From: a virus
Virus record (IMG/VR): IMGVR_UViG_3300021406_000010
Location: 32,001 to 96,000 of that record
Strand: one strand, 5' to 3'
DNA length: 64,000 nucleotides
In this document: one piece after another, positions 35,371 through 45,400 of the stretch
Layout of the letters: the number at the start of each line of letters is the position of its first letter
How positions within the stretch are numbered: the first letter of the stretch is position 1
Program-made: the position numbers and the translations under genes
Notes under the pieces: generated by a model
Told to the model about the DNA's origin: nothing
Databases searched by the model: none
What the model saw: the letters and a program-made list of their open reading frames with translations, nothing else

Positions 35371-35980
35371 GCTGTCCTCCCTGCGGCGCCTCCCCCGCCA
35401 GCACCGCCCGGATCTCCGGGGAGGCGTACACGTCGGCGGTGAACGCCTTCCACTGGGCCGGGGACAGGTGGCGGCGGACGATGGCGAAGAATGACATAAA
35501 GGCTCCCTGCCACGCGGAGGCCTCCACCCCTTCGCCCTTCCGGTCCCGCTCCAGCTGCGCCAGCAGCCGCATCGCGGCCACCATGTCGCGGGGGGCGACG
35601 TCGCCCTCCCCGTGGACGAGCCGCTCGGTACCCCGGGCGATGATCGCGGCGAGGGCGTCCTGCGGGCGGGCCGAGGTGACGGCGGTGTCGTCGCCCCGGG
35701 CGGCAGCCGCCTCCTCGAGCGCGAGGCGGGCCTTGCGGTGCGGCTCGGCGAGGTGCGCGACGTGGGCGCGAAGCGACTCCTCCTCCGGGACGGCGGGGCT
35801 CAGGCCGGCCAGCAGGCGGCGCACCTGGCGCAGCGAGTACCCCTCGGCGAGGGCGGAGTCGATGGAGCGCAGGTGCGGGGACCGGCACGCGGGGCACAGC
35901 GGGTCCCACGGCTTGTCGTGGGCCTGGCCGCCGATGACGACGCGGCGCAGCGGCAGCGGGCCGCTAGTCGTCCCCGTCAC
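35360..35980 (-). CDS. Zn/HTH protein, possible terminase small subunit
   Basis: CPACRSPH...ID.AL..G.S.RQV...LRAH..H; upstream of terL; function tentative. Confidence 0.45.
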   Translation of the reverse strand: MTGTTSGPLPLRRVVIGGQAHDKPWDPLCPACRSPHLRSIDSALAEGYSLRQVRRLLAGLSPAVPEEESLRAHVAHLAEPHRKARLALEEAAAARGDDTAVTSARPQDALAAIIARGTERLVHGEGDVAPRDMVAAMRLLAQLERDRKGEGVEASAWQGAFMSFFAIVRRHLSPAQWKAFTADVYASPEIRAVLAGEAPQGGQLDG

Positions 35981-36281
35981 TGCCGTCGTCGCCGGTGTAG
36001 GTGTCCAGGCCGTCCTGGGCGCGCCTGACCGGGTACCAGCCGTCGCGGGAGTTCAGGTGCGGGTACTGGGAGTTCCACGCCCTGGAGAACTGCCCCCGGC
36101 GGACGGCCGGGTCGGCGGTGCCGGAGGCCGGGTAGACCTCGTGGTTCCACCTATCTTGTTGTTTCCATTCTGTCAGGATGTCCGACTTGGCCGCGCGGGA
36201 CGTCACCCCCGCTAGGGACGCCTTGATGAGCGCGTCCGCCTGCGCCTCAAGCTCCCTGCAGACCCCGAACCGCATCCGCAC
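35964..36281 (-). CDS. Hypothetical protein
   Basis: 105 aa; GGGAGG RBS. Confidence 0.6.
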   Translation of the reverse strand: MRMRFGVCRELEAQADALIKASLAGVTSRAAKSDILTEWKQQDRWNHEVYPASGTADPAVRRGQFSRAWNSQYPHLNSRDGWYPVRRAQDGLDTYTGDDGSDGDD

Positions 36282-36597
36282 CAGCCCCGCCTCCCTCCCA
36301 TGCCGCCAGCAGCTGTTCCAGGCCCTCGTCGGCGCATGCCGCGATCAGGGTGCCTGACGGCAGGCCCACGGCGGCGGCGGCGTCAGGCTCGCGCATGTCA
36401 CGGTAGAGGAGCATCTCGATGGCCCTCGCGCGCAGTGGCGGCAGGACGCTCGCCCGGCTGGCGTACATGGCCCGCAGGTCAAGGACGGAGTACTGGGTCC
36501 CGTCCGGGGCGGTGATCATCTCCGTTCCCTCAGACAGGTAGAGGGACTCGATGGCCTGAAGGTGCCGGAACAGCTCCCTCAGGTGCGTGAGGTCAAT
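36247..36597 (-). CDS. Sigma-70 region-4-like HTH protein; probable ATT start
   Basis: LPPLRARAIEMLLYRDMREPDAAAAVGL HTH pattern; AGGAGGAGG precedes an in-frame ATT at 36597; first ATG is at 36519. Confidence 0.6.
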   Translation of the reverse strand: MDLTHLRELFRHLQAIESLYLSEGTEMITAPDGTQYSVLDLRAMYASRASVLPPLRARAIEMLLYRDMREPDAAAAVGLPSGTLIAACADEGLEQLLAAWEGGGAGADAVRGLQGA

Positions 36598-36710
36598 CGC
36601 CCCTCCTCCTCTCAGAGTGCCGGCAGGAAGGCCCGGGGACTAAAGCTCCCTGGCGCGATCATAAGCCATGGAAGGGAGAAGAGGGCATCCCTGGAGGGCC
36701 CGCGCGCAGG

Positions 36711-37409
36711 TCAGGGGGTGCCGATGCCCTCCAGGAACCGCTGCATGCCCTTCATCGACCAGACCACGGCGTCGGCCCGCTTCGAGAGGGAGGCGCGGAA
36801 CACGGCGAAGTAGCGTTCCTCGATCGCGTAGCTCACGCCGTACTGGGTGCGGTCCTCAATCGTCGGCCTCCCGGCCGCCTCATGGCCGGGCATCACCCGG
36901 AACCCCCGGGAGAACCGCTCCTCCCATTCCGCCTTGGCGAACATGGAGTCCGCCCAGATGGAGGCGGCGGCCAGCTCCCACTCGTACATGCGGGTGAACA
37001 TGACGCCAAGCAGGTTCCTGCGGTCCCGGTCCGACAGCCTTCCCCAGTCCTGGACCGGGACGCCGAGCTCGTCCTTCTCCCACATCGGGGAGCCGTCCTC
37101 GTAGCACCTCACCTCGCCGGTCTCCGGGTCCGACAGCGGGACCTGGACGTGCCGGTTGACCCGCTCCAGGACGGCGAACGCCACCGCGAACCGGTCCCGG
37201 ATCATCCCCGCCGCCAGGGCCTCCAGCTCTGCCAGGGCCTGGCGCTCCGCCTGCGGCCAGTCGCGGCGGATCCGGGCCAGCCCGGTCCCCTTGAAGGTGC
37301 GCGCCCGGTCGGGGGCCGTCTCGATCTCCATCGGCTTCTCGTCGCCGGGTTCCAGCGGCCGGTCCATGTCCCGCAGTGCCCGCTCGGCCTGCTCATGCAC
37401 GTCGCTCAC
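36711..37409 (-). CDS. Hypothetical protein (232 aa)
   Basis: GTG 37409 overlapping upstream stop. Confidence 0.7.
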   Translation of the reverse strand: MSDVHEQAERALRDMDRPLEPGDEKPMEIETAPDRARTFKGTGLARIRRDWPQAERQALAELEALAAGMIRDRFAVAFAVLERVNRHVQVPLSDPETGEVRCYEDGSPMWEKDELGVPVQDWGRLSDRDRRNLLGVMFTRMYEWELAAASIWADSMFAKAEWEERFSRGFRVMPGHEAAGRPTIEDRTQYGVSYAIEERYFAVFRASLSKRADAVVWSMKGMQRFLEGIGTP

Positions 37410-37585
37410 CGCTGCTCCCCCAGTAGCCCCCTGCTGGAAGCGCGGGCGATCCGCGCCTCGTGGACCATCGCGTCCCCGGCGGGCACCAGCGGCCCCGCCA
37501 GCTCGTCGCACTCCCCCTGGCTGCCGCACCAGCACTGCCCGCAGTCGGCCAGCAGCACCCGCCGCGCCAGCTCGGCACCCGTCAT
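37406..37585 (-). CDS. Small zinc-finger-like protein
   Basis: CGQCWC...C...HEAR; coupled. Confidence 0.5.
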   Translation of the reverse strand: MTGAELARRVLLADCGQCWCGSQGECDELAGPLVPAGDAMVHEARIARASSRGLLGEQR

Positions 37586-38190
37586 GGCGCCGCCTGGGCC
37601 TTCAGGTCCCAAAGCCACGTCACTCCAGTAGCGATCGAATCGCGGATGTGCTCGTTGTAGCCCCGCCCCGCCGCCTCCGGCACCAGCTCGATGACGGCCG
37701 CGCGGATCCTCTTCTTCCGCTCGTCGCTGCGCACCCGGGCGTCGCCCAGCATGACCGCCGACACGCGGGTGGCGGACACGTCATGGCAGTTGCCAGGGTC
37801 CATGGACCACACCATGAAGCCGGCCATCAGGCTGGACTCGACACGGTACCCGCCGCCCACCGACGGGGCCTCCAGGACCACGTCGGCCGGCCTGACCCGG
37901 TCAGTGACGGCGCTGATGGCGTCGCGCAGCTGCGTGGCCTTGTCCCAGGTGCCCCGGTAGCCGGTCAGGGCGGTGCGCGGTCGGATGGTGCCCTTCTCGT
38001 AGATGACCACGCCGTCCCCGCCCGCCGCCATCAGCGCCCACGCGCAGTTCGTGAGGGTCGCGTCCCAGGCGAGGACCGGGCGGCCCGGCTCCAGGTCCCG
38101 TGCTGTCGGCGGCCTCCACGGCGGGGGCGCGGGCTGCTCCTTCAGCCTGGCCCGCAGCCGCGTGCGGGACTGCTCCACGACGGCGCTCAA
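37582..38190 (-). CDS. RuvC-like Holliday junction resolvase
   Basis: LAWDATLTNCAWA, VVLEAP, K.RI, EHIRDSIATG; TTG 38190 overlaps upstream stop. Confidence 0.75.
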   Translation of the reverse strand: MSAVVEQSRTRLRARLKEQPAPPPWRPPTARDLEPGRPVLAWDATLTNCAWALMAAGGDGVVIYEKGTIRPRTALTGYRGTWDKATQLRDAISAVTDRVRPADVVLEAPSVGGGYRVESSLMAGFMVWSMDPGNCHDVSATRVSAVMLGDARVRSDERKKRIRAAVIELVPEAAGRGYNEHIRDSIATGVTWLWDLKAQAAP

Positions 38191-38963
38191 GCGATGATCT
38201 CCACTCCGCGCTCGTAGTGCGACAGCACGGCCCGGTACTTCGCGGCCACGCCCTCGGCGAACTCCTCGTCGTAGCCGAAGTGAAACTCCCGGGTGTCCCA
38301 CGGCATGCCCATCGTCAGGAAGAACACGATGTACTTCCGCAGGCCGGACAGCCTCATGCACTCCTGCATCTGCGCCCAGTACCTCGGCCACCGCTCCCGG
38401 AACTGGGCGGAGTCCATGTCCCGGATGGCCGGCCGGTCCCTCGTCGCCTTGAAGCCGAAGACGTAGATCGACTTGAAGTCAAAGCCCAGCGGCCCCTCGC
38501 CGCCCAGGTCGAGGATGGCGTCCAGGTGGCAGCGCGACCGGGTCTCATGGTCAGCGAACCCGTGCTCCGTGCAGTACTTCTCCGGGTCGGGCCGGGCGCG
38601 CAGCATCCTGCGTGGCCGGCCGCAATTGGGGCAGCAGGTGGCGGGCAGCGGGACCGAAGCCCCCATCCAGTCGAGGAACGACTCGATGATCGCGTGCCCG
38701 AGGGAGCCGAACATGACGCTCATCATCGACTGGTAGTCCATGTCCTCCGGCCCGGCCTGCCCGGTGAGCCACAGCCACAGCTCGCGGTCGGTGGCCAGGG
38801 GATGCTGGGAGGCGTGGAACCAGCCGTCCGGCTCGCGCCGCACCGGCCGGGACACCATCAGGTTCAGCGTGGCGGGAGCCTCCCGGAGGATCCAGGAATA
38901 GAACAATGGTTTAATCAGGCATCCTTCGGCAGCCATATCGCCAATCCCAGTGATAATTGGCAT
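38187..38963 (-). CDS. Cas4/RecB-like PD-(D/E)XK exonuclease
   Basis: FHASQ...GSLGH...HLDAIL...FDFKS...YWAQMQ. Confidence 0.75.
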   Translation of the reverse strand: MPIITGIGDMAAEGCLIKPLFYSWILREAPATLNLMVSRPVRREPDGWFHASQHPLATDRELWLWLTGQAGPEDMDYQSMMSVMFGSLGHAIIESFLDWMGASVPLPATCCPNCGRPRRMLRARPDPEKYCTEHGFADHETRSRCHLDAILDLGGEGPLGFDFKSIYVFGFKATRDRPAIRDMDSAQFRERWPRYWAQMQECMRLSGLRKYIVFFLTMGMPWDTREFHFGYDEEFAEGVAAKYRAVLSHYERGVEIIA

Positions 38964-39521
38964 CTACGTCACCAACCCCCGGTGAGTCGCATAATAGCTA
39001 CGATTATAATCCCGCTGACAGATGATGCACCGCCTGCCTTTTCCGTTGGATCTGCTATGCGTACTTTCGTCAGTAAACTCATGTCCATTATCGCAGTGAG
39101 TGCGATTGGCTAGCGGGTGATGTCCATTGCGTACGTAGTCATTCATGTTCTGCTGGTGGGTGCCGTAGTACAGGTTGGTGCAGTGATTATTGGAAGGAAC
39201 GTCATCCAGGTGGCAGACTTCAGTGTGGTCAGGGGCTGGCCCGATGAACGATGCCGCGACTAGTTGGTGAACATAGAATCGCCTGACCAGCAGCTTCCCG
39301 GAACCGTCCTTGCCTCCTTCATAAAGACTGACCATCGGATGCCCGCTCTTTGGGTGTACTGGCGTTTTGAGTAGGCCACCACGAGACCCCTGACGCTTCG
39401 CACTTTGCATTCTGCCGCACGAAGAAATTGCGTAAAATCCGTAACCTTCAATGGAAGACCACTCCTCTGAAGCACAGCAGCCGCTGTTGGCCATGTCCCC
39501 TATCCCGGCGATGACGGGCAT
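38964..39521 (-). CDS. NUMOD4-HNH homing endonuclease (185 aa)
   Basis: EEWSSIEGY..YAISSCGR (NUMOD4); VHQLVA..FIGP..VCHLDD..NN..NL.YGT..QN; THCDNGHEF; markedly lower GC. Confidence 0.88.
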   Translation of the reverse strand: MPVIAGIGDMANSGCCASEEWSSIEGYGFYAISSCGRMQSAKRQGSRGGLLKTPVHPKSGHPMVSLYEGGKDGSGKLLVRRFYVHQLVAASFIGPAPDHTEVCHLDDVPSNNHCTNLYYGTHQQNMNDYVRNGHHPLANRTHCDNGHEFTDESTHSRSNGKGRRCIICQRDYNRSYYATHRGLVT

Positions 39522-40045
39522 CAGCGGCCTCCCGCGATGAGCTTGCTGGGGTATCTCTCGATGCGCCCCTGGTAGGGCGGGGTCACGCAGTGCCACTGGG
39601 AGAAGTTCCCGGCCGTCCTGCTCATCCGGATCGCCTGCCAGGTCCCGCTGCGCCTCGACCTCGGATCGCGCTCAGGGTAGGCGGGGAAGCCGAACACGGC
39701 GGTGGCCTCCGCGACGAGCCGGGCGTTGCGGTCCTCGTAGGTGGTGCCAGGCGGCATCTCGATGACGGTGACGCGGCCCGGAAGGCCGTCCAGCGCGGGG
39801 TCCTCCCACCAGGGGTCCACCCGGCTGCGGTCAGCGGGGACGATGACCACGTGCTCCGCCCCGGGGCGGTTCACGTAAAGCCACCGGCCGATGGAGGCGT
39901 CCCCGCCGGTGCAGCCTCCGGTCAGGTAGCGGTCAGCGTGCGGGACATGGACCGTGAGCACGTTGGTAACAACGCCCTCGGCTGCCTCGTCGCTCAGGCT
40001 CCTGGCGGCGGTGAAGGACACCGTGGCCAGGCTGGCGGGAGTCAC
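39521..40045 (-). CDS. SLOG/DprA-like nucleotide-binding protein
   Basis: TGGCTGGD, YEDRNARLV, SGTWQAIR; GTG 40045. Confidence 0.65.
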   Translation of the reverse strand: MTPASLATVSFTAARSLSDEAAEGVVTNVLTVHVPHADRYLTGGCTGGDASIGRWLYVNRPGAEHVVIVPADRSRVDPWWEDPALDGLPGRVTVIEMPPGTTYEDRNARLVAEATAVFGFPAYPERDPRSRRSGTWQAIRMSRTAGNFSQWHCVTPPYQGRIERYPSKLIAGGR

Positions 40046-40887
40046 CCGACCTCGATCGACGGATCGGACGCGCACACCCGGACGACCAGCTTCCCGTCCG
40101 CGTACAGGTCGCCGTCGGGGACCCGCAGGTCGTTGACGACCAGGCGCGGCCGGTTGGACGAATCGGGGGACCGCTCGACGCGCACCGAGCTGACCCCGAA
40201 GAGAAGCTGGTGGCCCTGCTCGTCGTAGGCGATGCCGGACCGGACCAGGCGGTCCGGCACCTGCACTGATTCTGGCACCCGCGCAGAGTGGATAACGCGC
40301 CATGGCAGCCGGGGTATGTACGGCGGAACCTCGGGAGCTCCTTCGCGGGCCTCGGCCAGGGCGGCAAGGGCCTCGGCCAGGGCGTCGGACAGCTTCCTGG
40401 CAGCCTGTTTTGCCGCGTCCGCCCTGGCGTTGGCATTCTCCAGGCGCACCTCAGCCGTGGCGACCTCGGCCCGCATCCGGTCCAGCTCCTCGCGAAGCTC
40501 GGGGAGGGTGCTGAGGGAGGCCTCGACCTCCTCCCACTTGCGCGCCGCCTCCAGGATCTCGGACAGGTCCACGTCCCGGATGGCGACCAGGTCCCAGGCG
40601 ACCTCGGTCAGCTTGCCGTTGGCGTACCACCGCATCGGCAGCGCGATCCGGTCTCCCTGCGCCTGCTCGTTCAGCTTGTCGAGCATCTTCCGGGTGATGG
40701 TGATTGACTCGCCCAGCGTCGACTTCCCGTCCCACCGGAAGGTCCACTGCCCGCCTAGCGGCGTGTGCCCGTCCAGCTGGTCGTCCCACTGGTTGCCGCT
40801 GCTGCCCGTCTTCTGGCCGCCGAGCACCCGGGCGGTGTGCAGCTCGTGCAAGCGCCCCATCTCGGCCGTGGGGGAAGTCCCCGTCAT
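40042..40887 (-). CDS. Hjc-like PD-(D/E)XK nuclease with coiled-coil and C-terminal extension
   Basis: HE...A..LGG..T.SSG...DG...WDGKST...SI.I. Confidence 0.6.
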   Translation of the reverse strand: MTGTSPTAEMGRLHELHTARVLGGQKTGSSGNQWDDQLDGHTPLGGQWTFRWDGKSTLGESITITRKMLDKLNEQAQGDRIALPMRWYANGKLTEVAWDLVAIRDVDLSEILEAARKWEEVEASLSTLPELREELDRMRAEVATAEVRLENANARADAAKQAARKLSDALAEALAALAEAREGAPEVPPYIPRLPWRVIHSARVPESVQVPDRLVRSGIAYDEQGHQLLFGVSSVRVERSPDSSNRPRLVVNDLRVPDGDLYADGKLVVRVCASDPSIEVG

Positions 40888-41951
40888 GGCGTGCCTTCCT
40901 CGTCTTCGTCCTCGTCCTTCGGGTCCTCGAAGGGGATCGCGGCCCGCACCTCGTCACGCGCCTCCTGGCTAGCCCGCAGCCTGGTCAGCACGGCGGCCTC
41001 GCCATGGAGCCGGTCGCCGCCTGGCATCACGTAGTAGCCGCCGGGCTGCTGGTCTATCGCCTTCAGCCGCACCCCCAGCTTCAGGTGCTCGTGGGCGGAA
41101 TCGATGCCCTGCGGACCATGCTCCTCGGTCGCCTGGCTGTTGATCCAGAACTCGGCCACCCGGGACGAGGCGCCGGTCTTCAGCCGGGAGACCCGCGCCC
41201 GGCTCAGCCGACCGGTTACCTCCTCCTCGCCCCAGTAGGCGCCCTTGCGCTGGCTGCCCTGCGCGAATACCTGCGCCATCTCGATCTTGGCGGTAGTCGC
41301 GTGCTGCATCGCCTTCGGCCCGGCCGACACGTCACCGCTCATCATCGATCCTGGATTGGCGCGGTACTGGTTGACCAGCAGGATGGTGACGCCATTGTCC
41401 CGGGCGAGGGTGGCGAGGTGCTTGGACATCCTGGTGATCACCTGGGCGTTCTTGCCGACCAGGTCCTTCTCCGCGTCCTTGTCCAGGGCCTTCTTGCTCT
41501 CCAGGCCGCCTATCGAGTCGACGATGATCAGCGACGCGAGGCCGCTGGCGCACCACTCCCGGGCCATGTCGCTGGCCGTCTCGGAGTCCGGCGGGAAGGG
41601 ATGGTTCCAGCGGCCCGCCTGGCGTGCCCGCTTCGAGCAGTCCACCCCGATGGCGGTAGCCCAGGCGGGCTTGAAGGTGCCCTCGATGTCCTCGTAGACG
41701 ACCCCCAGGTCCGGGAACATTCGCTGGTAGTTGACGGCGGCTGACAGTACCAGGGAGCTTTTCCCGGCGTCCTTCACGCCGACCAGCTCGTAGATGCGGC
41801 CCCGCCGGAATCCGCCCTCGCGCAGCGCCCAGTCCACGGCGATCGACCCGGAGGGAACTATCTCGGCAGCAGGCCGGACCAGCCCCGCCTGGCGCTCCCC
41901 GTAGGACCTCCCCATCTTCGCGGCGAAGGCCGCAAGCTGGCGGGCGGTCAC
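40884..41951 (-). CDS. recA: RecA-like recombinase
   Basis: SGSIAVDWAL..GG..RGRIYELVG..AGKSS; IIVDSIGGL; LLVNQYR. Confidence 0.9.
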   Translation of the reverse strand: MTARQLAAFAAKMGRSYGERQAGLVRPAAEIVPSGSIAVDWALREGGFRRGRIYELVGVKDAGKSSLVLSAAVNYQRMFPDLGVVYEDIEGTFKPAWATAIGVDCSKRARQAGRWNHPFPPDSETASDMAREWCASGLASLIIVDSIGGLESKKALDKDAEKDLVGKNAQVITRMSKHLATLARDNGVTILLVNQYRANPGSMMSGDVSAGPKAMQHATTAKIEMAQVFAQGSQRKGAYWGEEEVTGRLSRARVSRLKTGASSRVAEFWINSQATEEHGPQGIDSAHEHLKLGVRLKAIDQQPGGYYVMPGGDRLHGEAAVLTRLRASQEARDEVRAAIPFEDPKDEDEDEEGTP

Positions 41952-42193
41952 GACAGCCGCCTGCGCCGCAGGCCGCGCCGGTAGAGGCGCGCGGACTCAG
42001 CCGTCCAGGATGCGACGACGTACGCGAAGCAGGCGTTGCCGAGCAGGAACTGCGACGGGTTGAAATGGATCGAGGCGTCGCCGTAGATGGCGAAGAGGAA
42101 CTGGAGGAAGAAGGCGAGCCACCGCTGGCCGAGGGGCCTGCACCAGTACCGCGCGAAGGGCAGCGCGTGCGCGGCCGCCTGCCTGAGGATCAT
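41948..42193 (-). CDS. Small membrane protein
   Basis: 81 aa, two hydrophobic segments; coupled. Confidence 0.55.
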   Translation of the reverse strand: MILRQAAAHALPFARYWCRPLGQRWLAFFLQFLFAIYGDASIHFNPSQFLLGNACFAYVVASWTAESARLYRRGLRRRRLS

Positions 42194-42408
42194 GGCTGGC
42201 CCGCCCGGTGCTTCTTAACCCACGAGCGATGGCGGCCAGTCCAGGCGAAGGCCTCGCTGCGCGCCTCCTCGCCGCTGCCCACCCGCACTCCTATGCGCCA
42301 GGAGGCGATCCACACCCGGAAGAACGGCCACCAGGCGATGTCCTTCGCCTTTGCCCGGTCACGCCGGTAAGAGCGCGCCAGCCTGCGTGGTCCTGGGTAC
42401 CGGCTCAT
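42190..42408 (-). CDS. Small basic hypothetical protein
   Basis: ATGA overlap downstream; AT-rich promoter-like stretch upstream. Confidence 0.5.
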   Translation of the reverse strand: MSRYPGPRRLARSYRRDRAKAKDIAWWPFFRVWIASWRIGVRVGSGEEARSEAFAWTGRHRSWVKKHRAGQP

Positions 42409-42479
42409 GTCATCGCCTGCTCTCAATAGCTTGAAACATTGTATTCGACGCGGGCACCCCGCCGCTAGTGAAGGAGGGG

Positions 42480-45400
42480 TCAGTCCCCGATGGGGGTAAT
42501 CCCCGCCAGCCGCCAGCCGGTGCGCACGCCCCGGCCGGGCACCGCGTAGGAGCGCCGCTCCGCGTCGGCGAGGACCAGGGTGCCAGGCCGGATGCGCCGC
42601 AGGTCGCCGGGGACGTCCGGCTCGTCGTCGCGGCGGGGGGAGAAGCAGGCCATGGACAGCGACGACACCTCCGTGTCAATCGCCGCCCACCACATGGTGG
42701 TGCCGGCGCGGGTCAGGGCGGGATGCCACTCGGCGAGGATCCCCGCGATCGGGAAGGTCCCCGCCCGCGCCGCCGAGGCCGCCAGGGCGATCTCCCGCGC
42801 CTGCTGGCGGGTGCCCTCCCCGTGCCGGTCCAGCTGGGCGAACGGCAGGGGCGACATCCAGGTGCCATAGGCCTCCCGGTCCTGCCGGTACAGCTCCGAG
42901 GCCCGGTACTCGGCGGCGGCGGCGGGGTCCGCCGAGGGCGGCGGAGAGTACTGGCGGCAGGCGACCGTGCACCGCTTCGGGGGGCCCTTGACGGCGAGCT
43001 TCAGCGCCCGCTTCCCCGCCGCCATCCGCTCCGCGTTGACGGCCGCGTTGCGCTCTCCCTGGAGCGCCGCCTCGGCCTGCCAGTCGTACGCGCACGGCAG
43101 CCCGCCGGGGCCGCTGGCGGCGGGGTCCTTGTGCTCGCAGCGGGTCGCGGTGCCGTCGCGGGCGCCCTGCAGCAGCAGGGCGATCCCCCGGCGGGAGGGA
43201 ATGATCGCGTCGAGGGCGCCGGCGGAGACCAGGGCGCGCAGGACGTCGGCCCTTGCCCCTGACCGGGACCGGAAGTCATCCCAGGACGAGTACGGCTGCC
43301 CCCTGGTGATCGCCTTGACGGCGGCGTCCCCGACGCCCCTGACCGACTTCAGGCCATAGGTGACGCTCAGCGGCCCGCACGTGAAATCGGCGCCTGAGAA
43401 CCTCACGTCCGGGGGGAGGACTGAGATTCCCCTGCGGCGGGCGTTGACCGCGAACGGGGCCATCCGGTCCATCTCCTTGAGGGTGGACAGGATCGAGGCG
43501 GTCATCTCGACCGGGTAGTGCGTCATCAGCCAGGCAGTCCAGTAGGACAGCACGGAGTAGCACCAGGCGTGGGCCCTCCCGAACGCGTACTTCCCGAACT
43601 CGGCCATGGCCGACCACAGCTCGCGGACCTGGTCCTCGTCGTGCCCCCGCTCCGCGCACCGGCGGATGAACTCTTCCCCTGCCGCCTCGATCTTCTCGGT
43701 CAGCTTCTTCCCCATCATCTTGCGGACGCCGTCGGCCTCCAGGTCGTCATACCCGGCCACGATCTTGCAGGCCATGAGGATGTCCTCCTGGTACGCCATC
43801 AGCCCGTAGGAGCGCTTCAGGTGCTCCTCCAGCAGCGGGTGCGGGTAGGTGACCGGCTCGGCCCCGGAGCGCCGCCGCAGGTAGGCCTCGGCGGCGCCCG
43901 AGTTGCGGGGCCCAGGCCGGATGATGGTGGTCAGGTCCGACAGGTCGCTGATGGAGCCGGGCTTCATCCGCTCGCAGTAGTCGCTGCACAGCGGGGTTTC
44001 CAACTGGAACATCCCGAGCGTCTGGCCGGTCCCGATCTCGTCGTACACCTGCGGGTCCAGGTGCTCTTCCTCCCAGCCGCGCAGGTCCAGCGCGATGCCG
44101 GCGCGCGCCTCGATCAGCTCGACCGCCCTGGCGATCGAGTCGAGGTTGCGCAGCGTCAGCATGTCGACCTTCATGTAGCCGAGGGCCTCCACGGACCGGA
44201 AGTCCCACTGGGTGACCATCAAGCCCTTTCCGCCCTCCTCGCGGCGCATCGGGATCCTCCCCGCCAGCGGGACGCCGGGGGAGATGACCAGCCCGGCGGG
44301 ATGCTGGCCGAACGCGTACACCCGGCCGGACAGGGCCTGGGCGACCTCGAACAGCTGCGGGTACCGACCCGCGTACCGGGCGATCTGCGGGTCGGTGACG
44401 AGCTCGTCCCATGGCAGCCCCAGCCCGGCGGTCCCGGCCTCGGCCTCCTCGATCAGCCCGGAGACTACCTTCATGTCGCCCACGGCCTCGTCGGGCAGGA
44501 TCGCGGCCATGACGGTGGCGAGCTTGGCCAGGCTGCGCTTCATCCCGCCCCGCAGGACGGTCCCTATCCGGACGACGTGCTCCTCGCCGTACTTCCCGAT
44601 GGCGTAGTCCTGCGCCTGCCCGCGCCTGCTGGAGGGCAGGTCCAGGTCGAAGTCGGGCAGCTCCCTGCGGCCCTCGGTGAGGAACCGCTCGAACATCAGG
44701 CCCGCCCTCAGCGGGTCGACGCTGGTGATCCCGGTCAGGTGGCTCATCAGCGACCCGGCCGCCGACCCCCTGCCGGGGCCGACGAGGATGCCCTGCGACC
44801 GGCACCAGGAAACAAGGTCCGCGACGATCAGGTAGCAGCCCGCCAGGCCCTTGCGGGCGACCATGGCGAACTCGCGGTCCTCCCGGTCGCGGTACTCCCG
44901 GGTACCGGGCACCTGGTGCCAGCCGGCCTCGCACAGCTGCCGCAGGGCCCGGGCGTCATCATCGGGGGTGCCGCCGGGGGTGAACACCGGCGGCTCGACG
45001 TGGCCGCCGACCCTCGCGGTGCACCGGTCCGCGATCTCCAGGGTATTGCGGAAGGCCGCGTCCAGCATGTCGCGGTCCAGGTAGCCGAGCAGCTCGCGGG
45101 CGCGGTCCTCGGAAAGCATTCCGCTGAAGTTCCAGTAGTTCTCCTTGGACTTCCCCGCCTGGCAGGCCATCCACAGCCTGTGCAGCCCCTCCTCGGCGGG
45201 CGACGGGTAGTGGGCGTCGGACGCGGCGACAATCGGCAACCGGTACTCCCGGGCGATGTCCTGCAGCATCAGGTTGAGGCGGCGCTGGTCGGGGATCTCG
45301 TTGGGTTGCACCTCCAGCATCAGCCGACCGGGGAACAGGGCGCGGAGCCGGTCCAGGGAGTCCAGGGCCTCGTCCACCCGCCCTTCCAGGAGGTCCTGCG

